IMG/VR virus record: IMGVR_UViG_3300033067_000021
Coordinates: 1 to 28,179 of that record
From: a virus
Lineage: Duplodnaviria; Caudoviricetes
Strand: one strand, 5' to 3'
DNA length: 28,179 bases
Shown: piece by piece, positions 6,585-16,629 of the stretch
Layout: each line of letters opens with the position of its first letter
Numbering within the stretch: the stretch's first letter is position 1
Program-made: the position numbers and the translations under genes
The notes under the pieces: model-generated
The model's input: the letters and a program-made list of their open reading frames with translations, nothing else
Told to the model about the DNA's origin: nothing
Database searches by the model: none

Positions 6585-9042
6585 TTGCAAACGGACTCAA
6601 GCCCTTAGCTATCCGTTTCCTTGCATGTTCAACAGCCTTGTCCATGATAGACTTATTCTTCGTTGGGTCACCACCTGCCCGAATGTAGTCTACCTCTTCT
6701 TTAGTCAATGTCGGAACTAGAGTTGGTATCTCTACTTCCTTGCCATCAAAGTTTACCCCAACCGACACTTCTGTCATAAAGTCCCTTGAGCCATCAGTCA
6801 TGGGTAGTGCACCCAAAAATCCCGTACCCTTTCTAGTCCCATCCTTTCGCAAACCGTAATCACCACTCACAACTTCCCGCAGTTGTTCTGCGTACACCTT
6901 CTGTTCCTTAGTTGGGTTGATGGCAGAAGGATCACCACTCATAATCCTAGCAGCAATAGTCTGCCTGATATCATCCTCTGATCCGTAGTCCTTGAAGGCT
7001 TTCTTTTGTTCCGGCGTCAGTTCAAAGCTAGGCTTCTCAATGATCCCTTTACGCATGTAGATCCTACCAGTCTCATTCAAAGCTACCGCCTCTTTCTCAG
7101 TGGGTGATAGCTTAGAGTAGGGGTTAAGGATAACCTTGTTATCCGCCGCAGCCATACCTCCTACATTGGGATTGTCCTTGAAGAACTTATTCTCCGAGGC
7201 TGTTGGCTCCCGCATCAGGGGATTTTTTTTTTCATCCGGCGTTGCTGCCGGTTCCATTCCCAAAGCTTCACGGGCTACGTTCATATAGTCCTTGGGATTG
7301 GTGATCTTAAGAACGGTGAACGCATCGTTGAGAGTCTTAAGATAAGACTTGTTAGGATCAATGCCTTTGAAGTTAGTGAACCGCCCAACCATAAGAGGTG
7401 CTTGCTTGTACCCTTCACGGTAGAAGATACCACCCTCCGTAATGTCAAGGTTCTTTACAGCCTCCGGATCAATGCGGGCAAGAGCCTGCTCAATAGCCTT
7501 GGCTTGCCACTGGGATGTACGTTCCCGAAGGATCTGACGTTCCTTGGCTACGGCCGGGGAGTCAGTTCGACTTTCCGCAAGGTCGAGACGAAGTGTCGGA
7601 CGCTTAAGGATATCACTCGGTGTGAGTCCCGGTACCCAGACTTGAAAGTACTTCATAGTCTCCGGTCCTTTGTCAAACCTAGTACCACTATCAATCATAG
7701 GCAACAAGGCTGCTTGCGCTTCAGCTGTACCCTTGGCTGTACCCGGACCCCGAACAGGGTCTTTGTCGTGCTGCTCAAGAGAGTGCTGCTGTGCGTAAGC
7801 ACCAAACTGCTCATACAACTGTCCAATAAAAGGAATGTTGTAGTTACCGTTACCATCCTTTGTAAGACCAAATCGGTAAGTAGGATCAGATTGGATAAGC
7901 TTGTCAAAGTAAGGGCCAATATCTCTATCCTTAGATTGGCGTGCGGCATCTACTGTGTTAGTAAGCTTTTCCATCCACTTGACAAAGAAGTCTGGGTTCT
8001 CTGCAAAGACAGGTCCATAAGTCCACCCATAGCTTTGAATGAAAGCTTCAAGTCTGCCATTCTCAAGGGCTTGCTTTTGAGACTCAAGGTAAGTCTTACG
8101 AAGAGTGGCAGCCTTCTGCTTATCAGCCATAGAATCGAAACGAGAAGCATTGGCAATCATAAGGTCAACAGCTTGGTTGGCCTCATCTTTAAGGGCCTTA
8201 ATCTGCGCGGGGTCAAACTCCAGCTTGCCATCAGCTGTGTATGCTTTGATACGCTCATCAATCTGAGCACCCAGAGCAATCTTTGTTTCAATACCAGCCT
8301 GTGTAATCCAGCCCGGATCAGCAATACCCTTTGAGTAAGCTGCCTCTACCTGTGAAAGAAGGGCAAAAGAAGCTTCTCGCCCATCAGACCGGGCAGCTTC
8401 CGCCACGTCGTTGAACTTCAGCTTACCAAAGCGTTGCTTTAGTTCTAGCTGCTGGTCCATGATCCGCGTTTGTAGGCCAATGTTGTACAGTCGGATGCCT
8501 TGGCTGTAATCCCCACCGCCAGCTGTGACCGCAGCCTTGAGTAGCTCCGCTTCGGCTTGACTCTCCGGATCAGACGCTACCTTGTAGTCGTTCTGGCGGA
8601 CGTTATCAATGACCGTATCACGGATCTTAAAGATCTCGTCTTGCAACTGGGGATACTTATTGACCGCATCACGTGTAAGCTCAATGGCTTTTAGTCTTAC
8701 GTGAGACGGAGGCAATGCGCCTTGTACTTCACCCGCCCTAAGCTTACGGTACTTGCCATTAAGCTCCGTAAGGTAAGCTGCATCACGGTTCTCAGATGCA
8801 GCTGCCGCACGCTCTTGGTCAAGCTGCTCAAGCATGACGTTATAACGGGCTTGTGATTCCTCAAGAGAGGACAGCTGGTCAGACACAGAGCCAAGGGCTT
8901 TCGTGTTATTACGGTTAGCCCAATAGTCTAAGCCAGTCTTCACGGCACTAGCAAGCTCCGGAACAGCAGACTCCGTAAACTGCTTGGCAGGGATATTAGA
9001 AGGACCGCTCGGGTCCAAGTTGTCAACAATACCAACAGGCAT
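6562..9042 (-). CDS. Internal virion (ejection) protein with two appended C-terminal domains (826 aa)
   Basis: Third of three large genes after the tail nozzle, with a helical Ala/Gln/Glu-rich body and an AGAGGA RBS. Function is inferred from synteny. Confidence 0.65.
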   Translation of the reverse strand: MPVGIVDNLDPSGPSNIPAKQFTESAVPELASAVKTGLDYWANRNNTKALGSVSDQLSSLEESQARYNVMLEQLDQERAAAASENRDAAYLTELNGKYRKLRAGEVQGALPPSHVRLKAIELTRDAVNKYPQLQDEIFKIRDTVIDNVRQNDYKVASDPESQAEAELLKAAVTAGGGDYSQGIRLYNIGLQTRIMDQQLELKQRFGKLKFNDVAEAARSDGREASFALLSQVEAAYSKGIADPGWITQAGIETKIALGAQIDERIKAYTADGKLEFDPAQIKALKDEANQAVDLMIANASRFDSMADKQKAATLRKTYLESQKQALENGRLEAFIQSYGWTYGPVFAENPDFFVKWMEKLTNTVDAARQSKDRDIGPYFDKLIQSDPTYRFGLTKDGNGNYNIPFIGQLYEQFGAYAQQHSLEQHDKDPVRGPGTAKGTAEAQAALLPMIDSGTRFDKGPETMKYFQVWVPGLTPSDILKRPTLRLDLAESRTDSPAVAKERQILRERTSQWQAKAIEQALARIDPEAVKNLDITEGGIFYREGYKQAPLMVGRFTNFKGIDPNKSYLKTLNDAFTVLKITNPKDYMNVAREALGMEPAATPDEKKNPLMREPTASENKFFKDNPNVGGMAAADNKVILNPYSKLSPTEKEAVALNETGRIYMRKGIIEKPSFELTPEQKKAFKDYGSEDDIRQTIAARIMSGDPSAINPTKEQKVYAEQLREVVSGDYGLRKDGTRKGTGFLGALPMTDGSRDFMTEVSVGVNFDGKEVEIPTLVPTLTKEEVDYIRAGGDPTKNKSIMDKAVEHARKRIAKGLSPFANDGPPSN
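7223..7232 (-). other. A10 homopolymer / slippery site (GAA AAA AAA AAT) in the ejection-protein gene
   Basis: T10 on the + strand at 7223-7232. It contains an A_AAA_AAA heptamer and is the longest homopolymer noticed in the window. The run is seen directly; its function is inferred. Confidence 0.6.
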
Positions 9043-9050
9043 GGTAAGTC

Positions 9051-12000
9051 TTAGTCCTCTTTAGGCGGGAGTGGTGTGGACGGATCAAGGTGAACATTAC
9101 CCTCGTAACCTTCCGTATCCCCTGTACGATTGATGTGTTCGATGCTCTTAAGAATCTCACGGGTAAGGGCGTAGTCACGTTGCTTAAGTCGTTCGACAAA
9201 CAGACGGCCAGCTTCTTCACGCTCACCCGGATCAAGTCCCTCTAGGATGATGTCAATTTGGGCAGCGGCAAACCTACGGTACTTGTCATCAAAGTGAAGA
9301 TCAGAGTTAGTGGCGTACCGTTGTGCCGCAGCGTAGGCCATATCTACGGCCAACTTAATACGATCATCCCGCTTGAAGTTCTCTTCCTTTAGTGCGTAGT
9401 AGTCTGCCATCTCACGGGGAGTCATGCCAATCTTCTGGTAGAAGAGCTGCCAATCTCCGTGGTCAGGATCAAGTGGCATGTACCTCTGTCCAGTGTTAGG
9501 GTTGAACATATAGCCAGCTGTCTCCCACAAGTAAGCCTTGTGGGCATTGCGGGCAGATGAGAAGAGTTCTCCAACACCCCATAGAGCTTGTTTAAAGGTC
9601 TCTTGGGTGTGTTCCATGGGGGACGTAGAGAAGATCAAAGGTGAAAGCACGTGCCACGAATCCGTGACTCGGTGGAACAAACCACCGAACGCTCCTAAGA
9701 ACGCCGCCTTAGTCCCACCATCAGCTGTGCCGAAGACCACCTCAATGGGGTCCATGACAACCTTGGCTAGATCAGACGTAGCTGCCATCAGGGAGGTGCG
9801 GTTAGCAAGGTCCGGGCTAGCCCCGGTGAAGTACTGGAACAACGCCTCAGTCAATCCACCCTTAAAGAATGCACGTCCCTCGGGGGTCATCATCATTGGG
9901 TTCTGAGTTTCATTAAGGTACGAAGTTACGTTCTGTTGTATCCATGTACCAAACGGCAAGCCCACACTACCAAACATAGCAATGCTGCCCATGAACACAC
10001 GGGCCTTCTCTGCGTTGGTCCAGTTGCCTGTACCACCAAACCCCTTGGGTAACAGGTTCTCTAGGTACTTGGCACCCACCTGTGCGTACTGTGTCATCAC
10101 ACCAAGCAACCCGTGCTGCCACATAGCGGCATTGGGTCGGCTAAGGTTGAGGGTGTACTTGTGCATCTGGTCCATAACCGAGCGAAGTTCCATATCATTG
10201 AGTACCGCTCCGGCACCCTTCTTAGCCATAGCTTCTTCATAGGCTACCATCCACGAGATGGATCGGTTGAACAACTCCGACTCTCGATAGATAAACATGG
10301 ACGTGTTCTTAAGGTTGTCAAAGCCCCTAGCCGTAGCAGAAAAGCCGTGACGTGATGCTTCGATGTCCGCGTTAGTCCACACAGAATCTACGATACCCGA
10401 CTTATGGTACGCCTTCATCATGGTCTTGAAGTGTGTTGGGTTGATATTCGCCGCCTTGGCAAACTCAGCCCAAGCTTCTGGGTCACGCTTAAGGTACATA
10501 CCCCATCGGAGGGCAGGCCACTTAGCCATAGCCGACACAGCCTTGGTACCATGCAACGAAAGTACAATCTGTACGTTGAGCATCTGTACGGGCATCTGAG
10601 CTAGGTTAAGGCCACCAAGGTACACGTGGTTAGTGATGCTCTTGATGCGGGCAAACAAAGCGGGCTTAGAAGAAGTGCGTAGCAAGCGCAGCCTGAGAGC
10701 GTCCACTGCTCTACCACGAACCTTACCATCGTGCTTAAGAACGTAAGGGTCCATCCACTCCGCTATGGTGCGGGTAGCATTAGCCCACAACCTATCCTCA
10801 GTTCCTTGCAGATCAAGCTGTGACTCGATCCACGAACGATAAGCCTCTAACGCTTTCTGTTTCTTGTCCCCCTTAGGGAGTTTAAGCGGTGACAACCAAT
10901 CCGTAGGATCTTCGAGGTACTCTTGGGCAGAGTTAAGGAATCGCTTAACAACGCCAAGTCTCCACTCTGAGATTGGCATAGCCGAGGCTACGTGGTTGAT
11001 GTACCGTTCAAGGGCCTCCGGGGCAGAGATACGCTCAGCCTCGTGCAAGCCATCCCCACTGCCATAGGGCAACGGAGCTTCTTTACGGGAACCACGGAAC
11101 ACACCACCAAAGTGGTGTTCGTCAATTACCTCACGGAAGTCTGGGTCTTCCGTCTGTAGTTCACGGGACGCCTTAGACTCGTGCTTGACACCTGTAAGCG
11201 CTTCTTGTGTGGCGGCCCAGTCATCCGCTTCTTGCTTGTTGCCAAACAGACGGACTGTACTCTTCCAATTGTCTACTGTGTACCCATCAACCTTACGCTT
11301 AGTAATCGTGCGTACAGCATAGAAGACATCCTTGCGGATAAGTGGGGTGTAGCCTGTACGGTAGTTGAGTACACCCTTACCACCGATAGGCTTGAGGTGT
11401 GCTTCCTTTACCAAACCCCAATTAACTGTCTCGTCCCCAAAGGACACGCCCTTGTCAAACTTGACAAAGCGCCAGCCCTTCCCAATCCGCTTGGCAATGG
11501 TGCTAGCAACATCCGTCGTGTCAACCAAGCCACCCACTTGACCATCGTAGAACCTACCAACACCTTGGGGTATAGACTCTTGCCGAATTCGGCGGGCGTA
11601 GGTAGTGATATCCTCACCATCCACGCCCTTAAGAATGAGTCGCATCTCTCCATTGAACTCTTTCTCGCGGGCTATCATGCGGTCCTTGAGCTTATGTAGC
11701 TCATCAAGCTGGACTCTTGCAGCAAAGTAAGCACCCTTTTCAGCAGGTGATTCTAGCCCTAGATCATGTGCCTCTCTACCAGTGTAGACTTTGCCTTCAC
11801 GGTCGCCTCTCAAAAGAAGATCGCTGACGTTCTTGCGTTGCTTGGCAGACAGGCCACTCCATGTCTCTTCTGCGGCAAGTCTAAGCTCACGCGCAATGGT
11901 TCCCTTTTGGATCTCTAGACCTGAGGCTGTCTGTACAATGTTGTCTTCAAGCTGGTTAGCCCACACTTCGGGTGAGTTAACCGGGGTAAGGGCACCCTCT

Positions 12001-13610
12001 ACTTCTGTGGCTCGAAGTGTGCCGGTAACCTCATCAGCTGTGTATCGGTATGTCTGTGTGCGAGAAAGAGTCGGCCCCTTCTCCGCTTGTTTAATCTGCT
12101 TCTTGAGTTTCTCGATTTCACTTTCAAGTGCAAACTTCTCTTTAAGTTCACCCTTCACAAAGTCCGAGGTAGCGTAGTCTGCTTCTCCAAGTTCCGCGCG
12201 AGACTTTTGGAGTACCGCCCTACGCTCCATTACCTTAGCCTCCAAGGTAGAGATCTGTGTCTCCATCTCCGGAATAGACTTAGAAAAGGCTGGATTTTCG
12301 ATAGTAATCTTTAGCTCAACGCCGTTCGGCAGTTGCTTAGTGATCTCTGCCTTGCCGGCATATTGCTCTAGGATACGTGCGTTAGCTGCTGCGATCTGTT
12401 CCTTGTCTGTGATAGGACCTAGGATACCCAAGGTGGTCTCACTGTCTGTGGACAGTTGCATGATCTTACGTACACGGTCAGTCTTACGTGCAATACCACG
12501 CTGTGTCTCGGCTGACAATCCCGCTAGCGCCTTACGTATAGTCGAAGGCTTCGATGCCGTAAATGGATTGGCTGCATCAATAGCGTCCATTCGGTCTGCA
12601 CCAGCAACCACCTCAGCCCGTTCGTTACCCGTAGCTACTTCACCAAGTAGTTCACCAGCTTCTTTCTTGTGACCACTGTTCTTAAGAACCTCAGCAACTC
12701 CAGACAGCTTCTTAGTACGAGACAGGGTACGAGTAGCGACAGCTGCCCCTGCTCCTAGGGAGAGTAGATCCGGCAGACTTAGAACGTCCGTAGACGCATT
12801 GATGATAAGCTCATCTTCCGCTTCCTTGTCCCCCCAAAGGACGAAAGGTTCGGACAACTGTTGGGCTAAGACGCTGTTGTCACCGGCAGCATCCTTAATC
12901 TTACGAAAGTAATAGTCAGACCGCGCAATCTTGTCTTCAAGAGTAAGGGATCTGAACTCCGCAAGATCATTTGTGTAGTCACCATCATAGTTGAGTACCG
13001 TTCCACTTGTGTTGAAAGGCACAAGCATTACCTTGGCGGTATCCCATATGTACGAGGGGTCTTCTCCAATTAGCTCGGCTTGCTTACCCCGAAGATAGTC
13101 CGTAACCATAGCGTTCTTAAGGACAGGACTCTTGGTCTGCCCCATGGACATCAGGGTGGCTTGTGCCAGCTGCTCACTGGTAGTCTTGTCTCGCACCATT
13201 TGCTCGACGGAAGCAATGGCATTGGACGCCATAGCAAATCCCATCTCGTCCGGGGTAAGGGTAGAACCTAGACCGGCTTGGGCTTCCGCATCAGCCATAG
13301 CGGCTGGATCGTAGTTTGCAGAGTTACGAGCAAACGAAAAGGCAATCCGATCAACCTCACTCTTGAACTTAGAGGCAGCTGTATCCTTGGCTACTTGGTC
13401 TCCATACTCCGGACCGTTAGCTTGGATAGCCGCAAGGATAGACTCTGATTCGGAGATCAGTCCTTCAATGTCACCTCGTGTAGTCTTAGTAAGAGCGGCA
13501 CGGTTGGCAATGTACGCATCCTTGGGGGTGCTGCCAACATGCGGGGGATCGACGGATTCCGTGAAGAACCCTTCCCCTTGGTCATAGAATGTTTCGTTAT
13601 CGACTGCCAA
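9051..13610 (-). CDS. Large internal virion (ejection) protein (~1519 aa)
   Basis: Likely TTG start at 13610, just after the stop of the upstream gene (the track extends it to 13637). Size, position, a central coiled coil and Gly/hydrophobic C-terminal segments fit a T7 gp16-like ejection protein. No catalytic motif recognised. Confidence 0.7.
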   Translation of the reverse strand: MAVDNETFYDQGEGFFTESVDPPHVGSTPKDAYIANRAALTKTTRGDIEGLISESESILAAIQANGPEYGDQVAKDTAASKFKSEVDRIAFSFARNSANYDPAAMADAEAQAGLGSTLTPDEMGFAMASNAIASVEQMVRDKTTSEQLAQATLMSMGQTKSPVLKNAMVTDYLRGKQAELIGEDPSYIWDTAKVMLVPFNTSGTVLNYDGDYTNDLAEFRSLTLEDKIARSDYYFRKIKDAAGDNSVLAQQLSEPFVLWGDKEAEDELIINASTDVLSLPDLLSLGAGAAVATRTLSRTKKLSGVAEVLKNSGHKKEAGELLGEVATGNERAEVVAGADRMDAIDAANPFTASKPSTIRKALAGLSAETQRGIARKTDRVRKIMQLSTDSETTLGILGPITDKEQIAAANARILEQYAGKAEITKQLPNGVELKITIENPAFSKSIPEMETQISTLEAKVMERRAVLQKSRAELGEADYATSDFVKGELKEKFALESEIEKLKKQIKQAEKGPTLSRTQTYRYTADEVTGTLRATEVEGALTPVNSPEVWANQLEDNIVQTASGLEIQKGTIARELRLAAEETWSGLSAKQRKNVSDLLLRGDREGKVYTGREAHDLGLESPAEKGAYFAARVQLDELHKLKDRMIAREKEFNGEMRLILKGVDGEDITTYARRIRQESIPQGVGRFYDGQVGGLVDTTDVASTIAKRIGKGWRFVKFDKGVSFGDETVNWGLVKEAHLKPIGGKGVLNYRTGYTPLIRKDVFYAVRTITKRKVDGYTVDNWKSTVRLFGNKQEADDWAATQEALTGVKHESKASRELQTEDPDFREVIDEHHFGGVFRGSRKEAPLPYGSGDGLHEAERISAPEALERYINHVASAMPISEWRLGVVKRFLNSAQEYLEDPTDWLSPLKLPKGDKKQKALEAYRSWIESQLDLQGTEDRLWANATRTIAEWMDPYVLKHDGKVRGRAVDALRLRLLRTSSKPALFARIKSITNHVYLGGLNLAQMPVQMLNVQIVLSLHGTKAVSAMAKWPALRWGMYLKRDPEAWAEFAKAANINPTHFKTMMKAYHKSGIVDSVWTNADIEASRHGFSATARGFDNLKNTSMFIYRESELFNRSISWMVAYEEAMAKKGAGAVLNDMELRSVMDQMHKYTLNLSRPNAAMWQHGLLGVMTQYAQVGAKYLENLLPKGFGGTGNWTNAEKARVFMGSIAMFGSVGLPFGTWIQQNVTSYLNETQNPMMMTPEGRAFFKGGLTEALFQYFTGASPDLANRTSLMAATSDLAKVVMDPIEVVFGTADGGTKAAFLGAFGGLFHRVTDSWHVLSPLIFSTSPMEHTQETFKQALWGVGELFSSARNAHKAYLWETAGYMFNPNTGQRYMPLDPDHGDWQLFYQKIGMTPREMADYYALKEENFKRDDRIKLAVDMAYAAAQRYATNSDLHFDDKYRRFAAAQIDIILEGLDPGEREEAGRLFVERLKQRDYALTREILKSIEHINRTGDTEGYEGNVHLDPSTPLPPKED

Positions 13611-13611
13611 C

Positions 13612-14232
13612 TTAATTACCTGTAATGGACGGAACATCCATAGAAAGAATGGGGGCCGTGATATCTAGGTTACCGAGGCCCGGTTGAGAAACCATCAAGT
13701 CGTTGAAGGCTCCTCCTGTTGGGCTGCTGGACGAGCTGAATGAACCGGCCAAAGAAGCGGCCGAACCTAGGATGTTTGCGATACCGGCCACACCGGCTGC
13801 CTTGTTGGCAAACTTGCCAGCCTTAGCGGCATACTTGTTACGTTCACCCATGCCTTCAACTTGGGTGTCAAAGAACCCAAGATTAAACTTAGCTTGTGAT
13901 TCTATTGAGGAAATAGCACCCATAGCAGCTGACCCAAGGGTACCTTCTTGGGCAGCAGCGGCTGCGGCAGCACGGGCACGGGCGATATAGATACCCCGTA
14001 CCAATTGCCTACGCTGTACAGCAGCTTCCCTACCGGCCATACGCCTGTCCACAGCGGCCGCTTTCTTGGCGTACTTCTTGGCCTTGGACTTGAACAATCC
14101 ACCCAGACCCCCTAGGATACCGCCTACGACGGCTCCTACGCCGGCCCCTACTGGGCCTAGGGCTGCCCCTGCGGCTGCCCCTGAAGCAGCTCCTGTGGCT
14201 GCTCCAGCGCCTACGTCTAATTCGCCTGCCAT
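13612..14232 (-). CDS. Small internal virion / DNA-pilot protein (206 aa)
   Basis: Gly/Ala-zipper N-terminus (GAATGAASGAAAGAALGPVGAGVGAVVGGILGGLGG). Lies immediately after the nozzle gene, as T7 gp14-like proteins do. Confidence 0.7.
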   Translation of the reverse strand: MAGELDVGAGAATGAASGAAAGAALGPVGAGVGAVVGGILGGLGGLFKSKAKKYAKKAAAVDRRMAGREAAVQRRQLVRGIYIARARAAAAAAAQEGTLGSAAMGAISSIESQAKFNLGFFDTQVEGMGERNKYAAKAGKFANKAAGVAGIANILGSAASLAGSFSSSSSPTGGAFNDLMVSQPGLGNLDITAPILSMDVPSITGN

Positions 14233-14234
14233 AT

Positions 14235-16628
14235 TTATTGCACCGTGAGAGCGTCGTACTTAACTTGCCATCCAAGGATATGGGAATCCTTGCCAGCACC
14301 GGCCGTGAACTTGAGGTGTACAGACCTACCCCGTCCACGGATCTTGTTGCGAGTTACGATAATCGGCTGCCCATTTTCAAATAAGTCGGCTGCCGAAGCC
14401 GGGGTGTATAGCCTCCGGTGGCGATACGTTTCATATGCTGTTCCCCACTTGCCTGCCACGGTGGCATCGGCCCAGTCGAACCGAGCTTGGAGTAGCGTAC
14501 TTCCCGCATTAACCGGTGTAAGATCTCCCGACCCACTATCGGTGAACCCGGTCTCAGTTTTCTTGTGGTAGACAAATACGAGAGGTGCGTACTTCCACCG
14601 GCTTGGGTCGCCCAGTACTTCATACCCAGAGATAAGATATGCCTCAGCTTCAGACCCCCCAAAGTCTGCGTATGTCGTGGAAACCGCGTCCGCAATGGTA
14701 ACGTCGCCGGTATCATCTACCTTTACCCACTTTACTTTAGTTTCGAGGTCCGCATTGCGGAGTGTAAACAAGGATGACAAATCCGCAGTAAAGCTAAACC
14801 GGACGAAAGCATTGTACCGCAAATCAAACACGAGTCCGGAGTTGTAGATGGCTCCGTTAGATACCGTGCTCGATGAATTGTACAACCACATGATCCGCTT
14901 GTTAACGTCGTCGTAAATGCCTTGCGTAGTGTATTTCGCATTGGTTTGTATCGTTGTGTAGAGTGTATTGATACGGTTGTACGTTACGTTGAGCGCAGTA
15001 AGATAACCCGAATTGGGGTCCTGTGCAATTCGATAGATACCACCTTGACCCCAAAAGAAAGGGACATTTTCTGCGACCACGACACCGCCCGGTCCCATCG
15101 ACCCGATGTCGGATATCTTACGGACGCGATATGACGAGGCCGTAAAGTAGCCTGACGTTCCTCCACCAACTTCCCATACTCCGGATTGTGCAAAGACAAG
15201 TAAGACTCCACTGTACGCTATGATCTGGTGAATCTGTGTAGCTTCGGGGATAAGAATAACCCCACCATCTGTGTCCACAAGATCACTGATCCGCTCATCG
15301 GTGGGGTCGGCAACCTGATATGCCTTACCGAACTGGGCGTTGGATTCGATAACCTGACTAAAGAAAACCTTGGTCGATAGTCTATCATAGGGCGTACCAG
15401 CATACCAAACTCGTCCTGCAAAGAATTCAACCGAAGTTGGCCGTGCGTTCGCTGCCAAGCCCTCCGAAGATGTAGCTGCGTCACCATACGTAGAACCTTT
15501 CTTGAGGTACTGTGAAAGCCACGTTACAAAATCGGAAGGCCACGTAAATGTGAACGTAAATTCAGTAGCACTGGGCGTGCCCAATACCGTGTACGTACCA
15601 TCAAGGGTAAAGGAACGGAAAAGATACAATCCTCCCGCACTGTAATACCCTTGGTTGCCCGTGATATAAACCGTGTCAGCTGGAGATAGCCCATGCGCCG
15701 AGTCGGTAGTAACCGTGATTGTGGCACTAGCAGAAGGCGTGGTAGAAGATGTCGTCCAAGTCGTGATGGCGATAGTATTGGATGGCTCCGGCGTTGTTCC
15801 CGAATCGAACGCATCCACAACGAAGTGACCAGTAGGTGCTGAGACATCTTGGAACAACTCCGCAATTAATTTATCCGGACTAAACTCTTTGGACCAATCT
15901 ACTTCCGCGACACCAGAAGTGCTAGTGCGGCGGTACCCAAGCCACGGCACCATCGCTTTGCTAGGGTACTTCGATTGAGACGTGAAAAAAGCATCGACAT
16001 CCGCTTGTTTCCATCCTCTGTTGAGTAGGTTGTATCTATGATCGTCTGAGAGGGTTGTTGGTTCCGTACTTGTGGCGATGCCATCATCTACTCCTTGGAA
16101 ATCACGCTCGTTAATGGTAATGGTCGTGACCGTGATGGAGCTAGCAGTGGCGTCGTACTGGACCCAAAAAGGTTTAATGTACTTGTGTGTAACAAACAGA
16201 TACCCACGGCCGTATGCCGTGTCAATGGGACTTGTGGCAATGTCGTCAATGGTAGACCCGGCAACCCCGTAGGTTTCTAGGTCAATCGTAAAGTCCTTTA
16301 GTGTTGTCGAGACAGGCTCCACATTATCATCAAGGAAATAGAGCTTAGACCCGACCTGCATCACAACAAAGTTAACGTCTGGATCACCTCCTACTTCGTG
16401 CCACTTGTGGGTACGCACGACATACGTAGAATCCCACGAGGCATTGTTGAAGGTTTCGCCGTCCTCTTCCAAGGCCAGCCCGCGTCTACGCCGACGAGAA
16501 CCATCAATCATCAACTCATAGTTCTGTTCATCCAGAGACATATTCTCCGGGAACGTCAACGCGGAGGCATCAGTGTTGATGCCCCCGGTAAAGTTGAAGT
16601 AGGTCTTTTCGGCGTTCTTAAGAGCCAC
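14235..16628 (-). CDS. Tail nozzle / tail tubular protein B (797 aa)
   Basis: N-terminal NFTGGINTDAS...ENMSLDEQN...RRRRG, internal FFAGRVWYAG and DPT...SDLVDTDGG, C-terminal KIRGRGRSVHLKF...GKDSHILGW. Size and position are typical of podovirus nozzles. Confidence 0.85.
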   Translation of the reverse strand: MALKNAEKTYFNFTGGINTDASALTFPENMSLDEQNYELMIDGSRRRRRGLALEEDGETFNNASWDSTYVVRTHKWHEVGGDPDVNFVVMQVGSKLYFLDDNVEPVSTTLKDFTIDLETYGVAGSTIDDIATSPIDTAYGRGYLFVTHKYIKPFWVQYDATASSITVTTITINERDFQGVDDGIATSTEPTTLSDDHRYNLLNRGWKQADVDAFFTSQSKYPSKAMVPWLGYRRTSTSGVAEVDWSKEFSPDKLIAELFQDVSAPTGHFVVDAFDSGTTPEPSNTIAITTWTTSSTTPSASATITVTTDSAHGLSPADTVYITGNQGYYSAGGLYLFRSFTLDGTYTVLGTPSATEFTFTFTWPSDFVTWLSQYLKKGSTYGDAATSSEGLAANARPTSVEFFAGRVWYAGTPYDRLSTKVFFSQVIESNAQFGKAYQVADPTDERISDLVDTDGGVILIPEATQIHQIIAYSGVLLVFAQSGVWEVGGGTSGYFTASSYRVRKISDIGSMGPGGVVVAENVPFFWGQGGIYRIAQDPNSGYLTALNVTYNRINTLYTTIQTNAKYTTQGIYDDVNKRIMWLYNSSSTVSNGAIYNSGLVFDLRYNAFVRFSFTADLSSLFTLRNADLETKVKWVKVDDTGDVTIADAVSTTYADFGGSEAEAYLISGYEVLGDPSRWKYAPLVFVYHKKTETGFTDSGSGDLTPVNAGSTLLQARFDWADATVAGKWGTAYETYRHRRLYTPASAADLFENGQPIIVTRNKIRGRGRSVHLKFTAGAGKDSHILGWQVKYDALTVQ

Positions 16629-16629
16629 G

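Noticed and set aside
7402-8334. 310-aa + strand ORF antisense to the ejection protein
   Set aside because: TTG start without RBS and Leu/Ser/Cys-rich shadow composition, in a region where all real genes are on the - strand.
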